This document shows positions 35,667-49,155 of a stretch of DNA of 64,000 nucleotides, piece by piece. Under the pieces are notes generated by a model. It worked only from the letters and a program-made list of their open reading frames with translations, did not search any database and was not told where the DNA came from. Source of the stretch: Carcharhinus amblyrhynchos (lineage: Eukaryota). Within the stretch, counting starts at the first letter, position 1. Each line of letters starts with the position of its first letter. The stretch lies in the NCBI GenBank assembly GCA_965287045.1, contig OZ336870.1:117180001-117244000 (forward strand). The letters run 5' to 3'. The translations under genes and the position numbers were made by a program.

Positions 35667-37504
35667 GAACTACTATTTACTCTTTCAGTCTGTTCTGACC
35701 CCCACCCCACCCTATCTCAGTCTCAGCTCTTCTCTCTGAGCAGAGTTCACTCAGTTTACGTGACAGGCAGTCAGTATCCCTCAGCAATTCTGTGAAGGGA
35801 AGGCAAAATCAGCCTCTACTGACTTCAAAATCCAGGAAGAGGCCTACCTTGCCAGATGCAGCCATTTACGGACAGTTGTGAAAGTGAACGTTCTAACTTC
35901 CTGTTGGCAGGGCACTCAATTTGGAAGGGGATCAAGATTCTGGTGTGTCCACCTTTCAATAACCATACATGATTTGCAAATGGGGTTCCCAATGTAACTC
36001 CATAGAACCGTTGGCCCACCTTTAAGTCACCATGAAAGTCAGAAGAACAAGATTCCAAACTAATATCCTCCTGCCAGAGAAGTGACCTTTAGCCATGATT
36101 CCCGCCACTAGTGGGAGTGGAAGATCCTACTCATTGACTCATTATGGCACATAAGGCAGCCATTCAGCCCCATTTAGTCTGCCATACATTTCCGTTGGGC
36201 CTTCAGTTAAGTAAGGAAGATTGCCAATGGGACATTTGTTGCATGAGGGGACCAAGATTAATAAGGATGCTGTGATAGGTTTATCACAGCCCTCTTAAAT
36301 CCGCCAATGCTTATTTTTCAAGGATGCCTGCTGTTCCACTTGCTCTTCTTTTGAATAATAAGCACTCCCTCATAAGAATTCATCTCTTTATTGTGGGTGT
36401 TTGTACTTTTGTGTACATTAATATTTGTTTCTTAGCACAAGTCTTTATGATCGCCTACCAAGTTATTCAGGTTCTTTGCTTTGGGAACATGGTGGGAGTA
36501 GGGGTTGAAGTTGGTGGGGTGCAGCTAGACATTTGTGATTTAGTTCACACACATTTTAAGCTGTGAGTAAAACTGATATTGAAGAAGAGTCCATCGCCAC
36601 TTCTACTAACCACGTCTATCATTCAATACCATGAAGATAGCTTGGGCTTTACAAAGAGGGCTGCAACATATTCAGATGATGCGGTGCAATGAACAAACAA
36701 TGAGCCATAGATTCAATGCAAGCTCCGTGGGAAGTAGACTTTTGAGAATATGTTACTTTGTCATTTGGTGTATGATTTCTGAAAAGTATTTACATTCTCT
36801 TTGTACAGAAAGGACAGAAGGCATGAGATTGCTAATAACAACTGCACTCAAAGTGATCTCAATGATTCAGATTTCTATGAAATATGAGGTCGATGTGCCA
36901 TTGTGGACTGAGGCACACACCTATTGGTCCCATCTTCAAATATGTATCTGAGGTTTCAGTAAACCAGAAATATTTCCGCATCTTGAAAAAAGACCTTTAA
37001 TAATTCAAAAATAATACCTCACCTAATTTAAGCAATGAAGTTAAATATTTCTCCTGATAATTATTTAAGAGCTCTCAGCTACTTGCATTTATTCCTGTCA
37101 TCAAGCACCAAATTCAATAATCTCCCTTATAAATGCAAGTTAGAGGGAAACAGACACAACATTAAGGAAGGACAGGCCAGATATAGTAACAGTTCAGAGA
37201 CTATTAAAATCATGTAATAAATCACTGTGTCATTCCTGTTCACTCAGGAGTGGTTGGATAAAATTTCCTCTGTAACAAAACCAGAAAATCTATTATACAG
37301 ACCCAGCTTAAGATATGGTTATACATAAGCACTGCTTTTACAATTAGACAACCTGAGTAAACACTGCTTCCTGCATGGAATGCAGGTTGGGAAGTGCTAA
37401 CTGGCATTTTCTTTGCCAGCTGTCCTTTGCAGGCCGGCACTGGGAGCCCTCGATTGCAGAATCTTCCAGATAAGACGCAAAGTGAACCTTCAGTAGAGAA
37501 CTGG

Positions 37505-37932
37505 GAGATATCTCACGGCACCAGGTCAAACATGGACAAAGAAACCTGTTGATTGCCATCCTATGTCCTTCTCAGCTGATAAATCAGTACTCCTCCATAT
37601 TGAAGACCACTTAGAGGAAGAACTCAAGGTGGCACACAATGTACTCTGATTAGGCAGACTTCAGTATCTATCATCAAGATTGGCTCAGTATCACCACTAT
37701 TAATCAAGTTGGCCAAGTCCTGAAGACATATCTTCAGGCCTGTGGCAGATGGTGCGGGAACCAAACAGAGTGAAATACCTGCTTGATCTTGATCTCACCA
37801 GTCTATCTGCCGCAGGTGCATCTGTCCATGACAATATTAGTACGATTGACCACCTCACGGTCTGTGTGAAAATGAAGTCCCTTCTAACAATGAGGATATA
37901 TTCATTTTGTTGTGTACCACTACAACCGTGAA
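37505..37932 (+). mobile_element. LINE ORF2 APE-endonuclease fragment (CR1/L2 supergroup)
   Basis: HQVKHGQRNLL, SADKSVLLHIEDHLEEELKVA, QMVREPNR.KYLLDL.LT, ASVHDNISTIDHLTV (SDH-type motif). Confidence 0.75.
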
Positions 37933-39689
37933 ATGAATTTTTACTGGGATGGATGGGGAATGGGTTTGCTGTTTGTCTCCTGCAATTATCTCGCCACCTG
38001 TTCCCAGTAGCAACTTGTGTCAACAACTATATAAAGTGCTGTCCCACAGTAGTGATACAATGGTTTTGGAGGCCAAGTGGTGAGGTATGAAGGGTGGTGA
38101 AGTACCTTGAAGGGGGTGCCCCAATGTACACAGGGGGCACCCCCATAGGAAGTACCATCCCTTTTTCTCCTGCTTCTTCACCTCAACCCCATTATAGCAT
38201 AGGTAATATAAGATTTACATCAAATGGCTTATTAATAAATTGGGATTTGCAAAAGTATAATTCCAGCCCTGGAGTAGGCATTAGGACGTGCAATGTTTTG
38301 TCAAAGTTCCTACTATCTGTTACCTGCTTCAAGAATGAATGCCCAGGTAAAGTTGTTAATTGGAAAGGGGAAATGGTGTTTCCATACAAGTTTAAATAAA
38401 CAGTTCTACAGTTGTGCATGATTACTTACTAAATGGACTGTTTTTCGTCATTAAGGGTCATATTCTTATCTGTAGACTTTGAGCGTTATCAGTAGCTGCA
38501 GGCACTTCTGATATATATTTTTAAAATTTGAATGATTCACACACTGGTCTGGATCAAGTGTCAGTCAAGGGCAGTTATGGCTGTTGGCTTCATATGCTGG
38601 CCCAATTCCAACATGGTCAGCCTCAAGGACACATGCAATGATCTTTAGCTTGATGGAAAGAAAAATGATTGGCAAAAAAAAATCTGCATTTCGCCCTACA
38701 AATAGCAGTGGCACATTAGACAATTGACCTTTAATTTGACAAGATTGATTCTTCAATGAACTTGAAAAACTTTTCAAAAGCTGTTCTAATATTACTTGGA
38801 GGCATGTGGTTCTCCGTTAAGACTGCCTTCTCTTAACCTCCACTTATAGCCATCATGATTCAGGTGTTTTGTCAAAAATTCTGGGCATTGGATTGAAAAA
38901 CTACTGCAAAACTAAATACTGAAAAACTAAACTGCAAAAGTTAGCATAAAATGCATTAGAAAATAATATTGTTGCTCCAAATTCCATTGCCATTGGCATC
39001 AAGCCTTGTTATTAGCTGGCGCAAGAAAGGAGCATACAGCATTCTGTGGATTCCTGAAGAAATAAGAGCGAAAGCTGAAATGGTTATTAGGGGTGACTCA
39101 CTGCATTGTAGAGTCCATGAATTAACCCTTCACCCAGATTGAACAGACCCTTGATGCTGTACTGACTATAGGGTCATATTCTCTTTCAGCACTAGAGGGC
39201 AACTGTTCCTAATGTTAGAACAAATTCTAAAAAGAAAATAATACTTGTAACCACAACAGAGAGAGAGAGAGAGAGAAAGAAAGACGTGCCCTTTCAACCT
39301 TTAGAGAAAATTGGGAAATCAAATAGCAGCAAGTTCTAACCAGCGTGGCTTTAGTGAAACAGTGACCCACATATTTGCGAAGATTCCTTTTGATGCTTAC
39401 TGATAGCCGATAGGGTGTTGCCCTATGGTCATCCAGTGCACTGACAATATTGGCTTATAGATAATGCTACTTGGAAGCTTCACTTTATTAATACGTTTAT
39501 GTTTAACACAAGCTGTTTGAACCATTTCCAACTCAGGACACAGAATGATATGGGTAACCGATGTCTAATAATTTACATGGAGAGTTGAGTCTAATTTCCA
39601 TTGTCACAAAAATAACTATTTACTTAATTAATAAAAGTGTTAAGGCCCTTCTATTATGTTATATTCCTATCCTTCAATAATTAAAAAAA

Positions 39690-40112
39690 AATTGTTCAGG
39701 GGATGCAGGAACTGTGAAGCTACCACACAGCTACCGTGACGCTACTGTGCAGCTACTGTGACGCTACTGTGCATCAACCGTGATGCTACTGTGCATCAAC
39801 CGTGATGCTACCGTGAAGCCAGCTGGGCCAGCATTTATTTCCCATCCCCGAGGGCATTAAGAGTCAAACACATTACTGGGGTCTGGAGTCACATGTAGGC
39901 CAGACCAGGTAAGGATGGCAGATTTCCTTCCCTCAAGGACATTAATGAACCAGATGGGTTTTCATAACAATGATTTCATGGCCATTATTAGGCTTTTAAT
40001 TCCAAATTTTTTTTATTGAATTCAAGTTCCGCCATCTGCCGTGGTCAGATTGAACATTACCCAAAGCGTTACCCTGGGTCACTCGTGCAGTGACAATACC
40101 ACTACATCACTG
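39690..40112 (-). mobile_element. tRNA-derived SINE with gggatgggcaataaatgctggcc tail, tail interrupted by a minisatellite
   Basis: gctgggccagcatttatt...ggagtcacatgtaggccagaccaggtaaggatggcagatttccttccc...gaaccagatgggttttc...cagtgacaataccactac. Reverse complement of the head at 52288-52487. Confidence 0.8.
39712..39820. repeat. 11-bp minisatellite (gctac[c/t]gtg[a/c]a-type), about 10 units
   Basis: ctaccgtgacg ctactgtgcag ctactgtgacg ctactgtgcat caaccgtgatg ... Confidence 0.9.
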
Positions 40113-40404
40113 TCTTTATCTAAATGATTATGCATTCATTAAATCTCTTGAAATGACTAGAAAAAGAGAAGGTCCTATGTTTTTATTGTACCTCGTCATA
40201 TTTCTTACTTTGAAATGCCAGCAGCTGCAGGCACTTTTGAAACTATTGTTACCTCGAATGAAACTATTGTTATCTTGATAAAAGACAACACCTGTTTTAC
40301 ACACAACCAAGTCCTGCAAACTGAAAATGAAATAAGTGACAATATAATCTGCTTCAATGCTGCTGGCTGGAGGTGAATGTTGGCCAGGAACAATGTTTAT
40401 AGTA

Positions 40405-40945
40405 AATCATGAAGCAACCATGAAGCTACCGTGCAGGAACCATGAAGCTACCATTCTGCAGCCATGAAGCTACCGTGCAGCAACCACAAAGCTACCGTGC
40501 AGCAACCACAAAGCTACCGTGCAGGAACCACAAAGCTACCGTGCAGGAATCACGAAGCTACCGTGCAGGAACCATGATGTTACCGTGCAGTAGCCATGAA
40601 GCTACCGTGCAGTAGCCATGAAGCTACCATGTAACAACTGTGAAGATACAATGCAGCAACCATGAAAATAACCATGACCCATGTGGGTCAACCCAAAGAA
40701 CATGGACTGCAGTGATTCAAGAAGGCAGCTCACCACCACCCCCTCGTGGGGAGCTAGGGATGGGCAATAAACGCTGACCAGCCAGTGATGCCCATGTCTT
40801 ACAAATGAAAAAAAGATACCAAGCAACAACTGTGAAGCTACCATGCAGCAACTGGAAAAACACTGTACAGCAAACAGGAAGCTGCCATGCAGCAACAGGG
40901 AAGGAAGCATGGAATGACCTTGAAGCTATCGTGCAACAACCTGGG
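40405..40945. repeat. 11/22-bp minisatellite (ccatgaagcta-ccgtgcagcaa)n, interrupted at ~40680-40815 by a LINE tail
   Basis: Repeated aagctaccgtgcag(c/g)aacca with 22-bp period at 40420-40630; decayed units continue over 40820-40945. Confidence 0.9.
40690..40815 (+). mobile_element. LINE 3' tail fragment
   Basis: catggactgcagtgattcaagaaggcagctcaccaccacc...ctagggatgggcaataaacgctg...gccagtgatgcccatgtc...tgaaaaaaag. Confidence 0.75.
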
Positions 40946-43349
40946 AGGAAATATGTCAACCTTGTCCTCTGTAAAGTACACTGCTTACATAGCCGGGATC
41001 CTGGAGTCCAGCTTCAACCCAAAGGACAGAATCATACGGCCGTTCATGTACGGCAGGGGAGAGTACCTGTTTGACAGGCTCATCCTGACCTGAGTCTAGA
41101 GAATGAAGTTTCATCCAATTCTGACTGTCTTGTGATCAACTTCCTGTTCTGAGCTGTTACTGTATTTGGAAATAAAAATATAGCTTTTCAGTCCTGCTGC
41201 AGTGAACAGAGATTTGTCTGGGCACCAAATCCTGCACTTTCGCTGCAGCGGTGGTAGGGCACGAACAGCTGGTGCCCAAAACTTTCTAACTCAGATATAA
41301 TAGTCACCAAGTGAGCTAAGCTTTTAATGTTGAACACTGGAACAAGCCATCCCTTGATAGATTTGTCAGAAATGAAATTCTATCCGACTGTTTGGTATTT
41401 TGATATAGCCTCAACTTCTATTTAACCATGTTGCTCTAAGCAGAGGATTCACAAAGTAATTTCTGCTCTTATAGAGGAAGTATGCAAATTGATCTAGTTT
41501 GGGAGAGGTGCAGAGGACATTTCACATTGAAGGGTTAATATTCTTCTGTGTTGTATCTTAATGTCCATCACACAACCCACAAAACTGCAGCAAAGCTGTA
41601 TTTTTACTGCCGTTAACAATTATAGAGCCCAATACCAACATTAAAGTTGTAGTGAAGCCATCTTTGAGGCACTTTGCATGCGAGTACTGTGCTGTGCATT
41701 CCCCCACTTTTATTTTATGTGATAATCTGATTCAGTGTCTGGTTTGTTCTATTAAATGTGATAGGGTCTTTCTGTAGAATTTGTTTATTGACAAAGACCC
41801 TGAACTAATGAATTGCAAAATTCTTGCATAAATGCTGATGATCAGAAATTCCTTTCTCCGCTATTGTAACACAGGCATTAACACCTTTAAAAAACAAAGG
41901 TTAACATCCTGCCACGGCAGAGGAAATAATCTGAAGTAGTCAAGTTCAAGTGCCTCACAGTGTAATTTCGGGCTCTTAATGTTTCCGTGATGAGAGTGGT
42001 GAAGGGTGTTATGCTGAGCTGACTGTTGGCAATAGGTGACATTGTGCTGGCATCGTGGTTTCTGGGTGCAAATTCATGACAACATTTCTGGCAAGTTTTA
42101 TTTTGTTCCTGGTTGGAGAAGATCTGGAAGTCATTACTGTCTCAGGATGACATGTAAAAATTATCCATGTCTCTCTTACATTGGACAAAAAAAAGTGTTT
42201 GTTGCTTAATATCTATAGGTGGACCATGCAGGTGGATAAATGAGTTTATCTTTTTTATCACTCCCCACCTTCTCTGTGACAGGATTTTCACACTCTCTGC
42301 TGCACCCCAACGTAAAAAGCCTCTGGAATAAACAAGAATAATTATCTCCCTTTCTAATTATTAATTAAAACTGTATCCTTAATACATTTTCCACCAGAAG
42401 GAGATTGGATGCAATGTTCAATAACGACACACCTATGAAACCTTACAGCCTGTACCAAATTATTCTCTCCAGGCACCCGGCCCCCCACCTTACCAAAAGC
42501 ATGAGCAACATTTGACATCCAATTTGAAAGGGAAATGATCAAGCTGAAGATTTAATGGAAATCTATTGTTCTCTGCCATTGTTAATAACTTCAATGGGCT
42601 TAGCAGAGAGATATTACAAGTAGAAGTGATTGTAGTTGGTGCACCAAATGCTGTGACATGTGCTTTGACGGTTATTCAGCTATTTAGAATATATGGTTTG
42701 GTACAAATCTTAGCCCCTCATTCAGATCTCACAGAATGCTTTTTGATGCTTGCAGTTGCCACGACGGACAGAACGTATCACTGTTTTTTTTTGGCTGCTT
42801 TAAGCCACGCAATAACATTTTAGACGGTGGCTAATGACTGGTGCACAAATGGCTCCACATCCTCCAAAGAGAGGAGGGCTAAATTATTAATGAGGGACTG
42901 GGAACAAGCTGTCATTCCGTACATCTTGAGGAATGCTCACACAGCTCCATATGGGCATTATTGTCCAAAATATGTGAGGTAAGCATATCCTGCATGCTTT
43001 AAACATACCATGCAATGATGCCATTTGTTTGGTTAGAACATCATTGATTCTGAAAGCTGTCACAAATCAATCCGTGTCATCATGATGTAAATGGCACATT
43101 GCTATTTTTCATCCAAAAGTGCATTATTGAGAGCTACTACAACGTTCCGAGAAGCACAGGACAAAAAAGACCAGAATGTTTATTGATGACGTGACATGTG
43201 TTCGTTAAATGCAAAAGCATTTAATATTGCCAAAGAGACGCCATGTTAATTTTAAATGTATATTAATGTAATTATCCAAACAGAAGATCATTAAACAGAA
43301 CATTAATTATAGTACATAAGCCATTTCAAAAGTTATTGGCCACAATTCT

Positions 43350-44245
43350 AGGGCCCATTTGAGGGGGTACAAATCCCATTTTAGCCGCTAAATCTCATGG
43401 GGGAGGCCACAATGGGATTTGAGCCAGCGAGATTTCTGAGCTGAATGTTCCCAATCCCTCCCCAGTGATGCAATCAGGTTCATATCCAGAAAGGGCATCA
43501 ACCTAATTTATATTAAACGGCTTTATGCCAATGCTTTGGACCATGTCAGATGCCTCCCCCCTCCCCCCCCCCCCCCCCCCCCCCCCGCCACCCCCCACCA
43601 CCACCAGTGTAACATCATGCCAGCAGGAATCACTACTTGTTTCCAGAAACAGACCTATTCATCATACCATGCTGGGAGCGCAGTGGTAAGTATCGCCCCA
43701 GGTGGTGAGAGACCTGGCACCCTGGTACAGCTAGAGAGCACTGCCAAGGGGGCAGGTCTTCCAATGTACCTCATCGAGGAGCTCCCATTATGTTGGGGGG
43801 TGGAATTGTGGAGAGGGTATTGTGACTTCATGGAGGTTGGGGGGTGCAGGGTGTCCCAGTGGAGCTGGGTCGTCCTGATGACTGTGTCGTGTGGAGGAGG
43901 GGTGTGATCGACCATTTAGTAGTGGGGGGGGGGGGGGGGGGTGGGGGGTAGGGGGGTTAGCCCTCTGTGCTTGAGGGTCGGAGGTGTCTCCCTTGTCTAC
44001 CGGGGGACCCAATATCCGTGTGGGAGGGGGTTTACTTTGTCCTTGAGATCAGGGCGCCCTTTTTGTCAGCACTATCAGGTGCTGTCCCACAAACACGTCC
44101 CCCCACCCACACATCCCCACTTGCTATTTTTGGTCAAAGCTTCAGGAGTTCTGGAGTGAAAATCATCTGTATTTGTGGTGAAACACACTGGTTTTCAGTT
44201 AGAACCTGACACTTTGCCATTTTTTTAGGAAATTTCCAGCCATTG
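43350..44245. mobile_element. Non-autonomous DNA-transposon relic with internal poly-C and poly-G tracts
   Basis: GC-rich island in AT-rich surroundings. C-tract ~43556-43590 and G-tract ~43925-43957 in inverted arrangement; right end ggaaatttccagcc resembles Harbinger-type termini. Confidence 0.45.
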
Positions 44246-46892
44246 TGTGTATTTACTGGCTTTCAGATGGTAGCAACTGATGATTTTGTGATGTGGTATT
44301 CTCCACTGAGCTCCCACAGGAATGATAATGGATTTTAATTCCTGTCACTAGTTTAAGTTAATCAGTTGCACAGGTTTTAGCCATATTAGAGCTAGAGTGG
44401 GGCAAAGAGCAACCAGACCCTGCCATACTATCTGCTGAAATACCCCCATAAATACCTGGACTCTGGTCCTTATCAGGCAGGACTTTAACAGTGTTATGAT
44501 TCATATATAGTATATATTGTCTGTCACTGGGTAATGCCTTTCTCCGTCACCTAACAAAATTCTGCTTTTCAGGTGCAAAACTCTTAAATGTTTTTCTCAG
44601 ACATGTTATGCATTAAAGTATGCAAGTTACCCATCATTAGGATTGAAAAATATTACATATCGACCATAGTTATCTGCCCCTGATCTGAAAATGACCCCTA
44701 AGATAAGATTTATTTTGTTAACATACATTTGAGAATGTATTTCAAAACATACCTGGAGCTCCTACTTATACAGGATATTACAATAGCTTCCACTTCAGCT
44801 AAGAAATGATTTAAACAGTCTGATTTTAATCTTACATTATTTTTTGCATTGCCTGAAATCATCTTTTCTAAGCTTCAACACAAAGAGGATTATGAAGATC
44901 TGCATGCTTTCTGTCATTTTAATATTTCCCCCCCTGCTGAATCAACAGGAATCGAATGAAGTCGGGTGAACATCAAATGCTGTGACAAGCACTTTGAAGG
45001 TTACAGAGTCGTGTTTTAAGTGCGGTCTTGTACAAAAGATGTTTGTTTGTCCAAACTGCGATAACTTATTCAGCACTGTGAATATTAACTGAGATAATCA
45101 TGATACATTGAACAGCATTAACCATTTCAGCTTGAATCGTGACAAATATGTGAACTGCACTTTCTACAATAACAGAGCATGTACTTATTTTTCAACACCC
45201 AATACTTTCTCATTGAAAATCCAGCTGGCCATTGTCTTGAACTTTACACCACTTAAAATTACAATTTCATGAATAGAGTAACATTGTGTTATTTGTGAAA
45301 CCATGGCAGAATTGAAGCAACGATGCATAATTGCAAACACGCTTAAAAATTCTGCATTTGCGATTGCAAATTAAAAATTAAATAGTACATCAATGAAATA
45401 TTGGAAACATTTATTTTCCAATACCTTCTTTCAACTTTAGCAAGGCAAGTGCATTGTTCACTTACATTAAAGAAATCAAGAAAAGTACTTACGAAAATGT
45501 TTAACATAAATAATTCAAAGAAAGCAGGACATCCTTTGCTGAGGCACAGTTGCACAGTTTGAGAGATTCAGAGCTCTCCTTTTGTTAGATTTGAGAAAAG
45601 TGATCAACAGCAGTTTCCAGGGCCTTCAGGAAATACCACAAAGCATTTAAACCTTACATTTAATAATTTAGCTCACCACATTTCACACCAAAACTGCCAC
45701 TTTATGCTCACTGTTCAAACAGCTGCACACAGAAAGCCCTTAACATCCCACAACTCCACTGATTTGACGCTTGCTAACTCAGTCACATTCTATACCGTCC
45801 CTCTTTAAGACTCACCCAGCTGGAATGATTTAGTGTTCTATTCACGATTATGTTCATTGCAACCTCTTCTTTGACACAAGGATTATAGCAGGGCACATTT
45901 TGCAGCTAAACAAGGACCACTTCATCACGAAAGAACAGCAACTGCGGTTATCTCTCCTTCAGTTAAGGCAAGTCTATCGCAGCTACATGGAAGTCAGTGG
46001 AAATAGCAGTAAAACAGTATGATTGACAGAAACAGCCAATTCTCCCAGCTAATCATTGTAAAGACCTTCAAGGACTAGGAGCCATTTTGGTGTCATCCAG
46101 ATAGTGGGTTGTTACACATGAATACATTCTGTTCTGAGCTAATTCAGTGTTCTACTGAATTCCACTCACAGTCAAGTGATTGATTGGAAACTCCCGAAGG
46201 ATCTTCAGAGCTGCCACAATGCACTTGCGCAAGGAAGTGCCATCCTTTCAGGATCAGGCTCATGACAGGCACAGAAGTAAAATATCACATGTTACTACAG
46301 ATGCTGAGAACTGAAGATGTCAAAAACAAGAAAACCTTTATTTAATTTTAGAAAGCCTCAACAAGCACAAGCACAGTTTATAGCTTCTGTTAGATCTGTA
46401 GCCAGCCCTTGCAGGATCTTAATTAATAAAATGCTTAACAAAGCCAGTAGCTATCTGTGCTAAAGCAATAGAAAACACAACAATCTCATACATTTAAATC
46501 AAATTTCAGGGTCAGGAGGCTGGGCACATAACCATTCATTCACTTGTGATACCAAAAGAATTTGCATGGGAAAAAATATTTCCAACAATTACTTTACAAA
46601 CATTCATGCTAGTTTGCATGGGAACTGAAATCTCAGTTTAGACTTAAGCTTTCAAAATTTTTCTTTTGCTGCACCATGCATTATGTTTAAATTGCTTTTA
46701 GGAAATGAATTAAAATACTAATATTCTGCAAAAGAGGAAAAGTACTTCATAAATTTTGTGCATTTAAAAATTTGTAACTTTCTGGAGATGTGTAAAGTTT
46801 CTGTAATTATTCATGTAGATTTATACAATTAAAAAGTATGTGATGCCAATTAAATAATGACATGGTGAGAACATTTTACCTTTACTGCAAAG

Positions 46893-47175
46893 CACAGCAC
46901 GGTGGCATAGTGGTTAGCACTACTGCTTCACAGCACCAGGGACCTGGGTTTGATTCCTGCTTGGGTCACTGTCTGAGTGGAATTTGTATGTTCTCCTCAT
47001 GTCTGCGTGGGTTTCCTCCGGTTGTTCCAGTTTTTCTCCCACAGTCTGAAAAATGTGCTGGTTAGGTACATTGGCCAGGATAAATAGTGCTGGAGTGTGA
47101 CAACTACGGAATTTTCACAGAAACTTCATTGCAGTCTTAATGTTACACTACTTGTGATACTAATAAATAAACAAA
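46893..47175 (+). mobile_element. V-SINE with alternative (Rex1-like) tail
   Basis: cagcacggtggcatagtggttagcac...gggtttgattcc...V-core...aacttcattgcagtcttaatg...cttgtgatactaataaataaa. Confidence 0.9.
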
Positions 47176-47541
47176 ACAATTAACTTGAAACACAGAAACT
47201 AAAATGACTATAAAAGTTGATTCAAGTGCTTCAATTTGAATATAAATCTATACTGCAATATGTACTGAAGTTAACGTTAAATATTCAGAATTAACTGAAC
47301 ACTGTATATTTGTTCTCTTCCCCACTGCAATAGATGCAAAACATTTATTTTCACAAGACAAGAATTTCCCTTGAATTTCTGCCCTGCCAACATAGCTTGA
47401 CTGGTAGGCAAATGGGGCAAGAAGCCCTGGTGTAGATACGAATGGGTCATAGCTGCATTCCTGGTGAACTTACAGTGGTGGATTTGAAACTGTTCCAAGG
47501 AAGTTCTCCAAGTGATGTTTAAAATAAAATTCAAAATATCT

Positions 47542-47619
47542 AAAGTTTAAATTTGATTTATTAGTGTCACAAGTAGGCTTACATTAACACTGCAATGAAG
47601 TTAGTGTGAAAATCTCCTA
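47542..47619 (-). mobile_element. Isolated tail of the alternative-tail V-SINE (or of its LINE partner)
   Basis: tttattagtgtcacaagtaggcttacattaacactgcaatgaagttagtgtgaaaatc, with no head or core attached. Confidence 0.8.
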
Positions 47620-48384
47620 TAAAATACAAATTCAATTTCGATCCCTAAAAAGAGACACATATCATCACAGCATGTTTCACAGTGACTGTCACCATCTTTA
47701 AAGATACACAATACACCAGGACACCAAGTGAAGAGAGGATAATCTGCCTGCTGCTGCTTTAAACCATATGGTGGTGGTGGTGGATTATAGATCATTCAGG
47801 GTGTTGGAGTTGCTGTGGCAACATGCATTCTTACATGCATGTTGCAACGTGGATAGTGATGGTAGAGGTGCCAACTTTCTTCCCATCACATGGCTGATCA
47901 GGAATCTCTCCCAGTCTCACCACCTGCCATTGGCATGTGATAAACAGATTTGTAGGTTAACAACCAACCTATTTGACTGCCATATGAACACAGCTCAGTT
48001 GGCTGTGAAGTCCTGAGCTCGTCTTGAACCTAGAACTTTTGGCTTACACACAGTGACACTACCCATTGCAGCACATCAACTCTTCATTTTAAACCTTATA
48101 GGTGCATCCAAATTAAAATTGGAACAATCCTTTTCTGAAAGCTTTGAATTTTTGGCTCCATCAAGTTAGTTCATGTTGATTTTCAAAATCAGCAATAGTT
48201 TCCAGCAATTATGAAATGTCAAATTATTGTTTTTAATAAAATAAACATATTTATCTTTGAATCAACTGCAATCTAAGCATTGCCAACCAATTATTTAATT
48301 TGTACTAATTTCTCTTTCAATAAATCAAAGTTTATTTGCATGAATATGCATAAATGAAACACAGAAGAGCAAAAGGCAGCTTGA

Positions 48385-49155
48385 TCGAAACCTTTAAGAT
48401 TCCAAGGGGTATTGGCAAGATGGATGTGGAGGGGGTGTTTCCTCATGTTGGAGATTTTGTAACTCGGGTTTGCTTTTTAAAAGTAAATAGTCATTCATTT
48501 AAACCGAGATGAGGAGAATATTTTTCTCTCAAAGGGTTGGGAGGCTCTCAGACTCTCTTTTTCAAAAGAGAGATTGAACAGTTTAGGCTGACATTCTCTG
48601 GAATTTAGAAGAATGAGGGGAGATCAAATTGAGGTATACAAGATGATAAAACGTATGGATAAAGTAGATGTGGATGAGAGGTCATAGTCTTAGGATAAGG
48701 GGTTGCAAATTTAAAACAGAGTTGAGAAGAAACTACTTATCCCAAAGGGTTGTGAATCTGTGGAATTTGCTTACCCTAAAATGTCGTGGATGCTGGGACA
48801 GTGAGTAAATTTAAGGCAGAGTTAGACAGATTTTTAATGGTCATGGGTTGAAGGATTATGGGGAGAAGGCAGGAAAATGGGGTTGAGGAGCCATGATCGA
48901 ATGGCAGAACTGACTCGATGGGCTGAATGGCCTAATTCTGCTCCAATATTGTATGAAAAGGCAAGGAAAGCAGAGTTCTTGAATATTTTTAAGGGAGAGG
49001 TGAATAGATTTTTGATTAACAAGGCAGTGAAAGGTTATGGGGGGTAGGCAGGAATGTGGGGTTGAAGTTACAATTAGATCAGCCATGATTTTATTGAATG
49101 GCAGAACAGGTTCAAGGGGCTTACTCCTGCTTCTAATTCATATATTCATATGTTC
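48385..49155 (+). mobile_element. CR1 3' end (48385-48568 plus 48956-49155) with a nested second CR1 3' end (48569-48955)
   Basis: Two CR1 tails in tandem. The inner piece restarts at ERLN.LG..SLEFRRMRGD.IEVYKMIK. aaaag occurs at both junctions (48564-48568, 48956-48960). Confidence 0.8.

Noticed and set aside
39258-39276. (GA)n tract, and (TGGA)n at ~61165-61187
   Set aside because: Ordinary short microsatellites with nothing further to suggest function.
40405-40680. CRISPR-like array
   Set aside because: Units are directly tandem with no unique spacers, there are no cas genes, and the context is vertebrate. It is a minisatellite.
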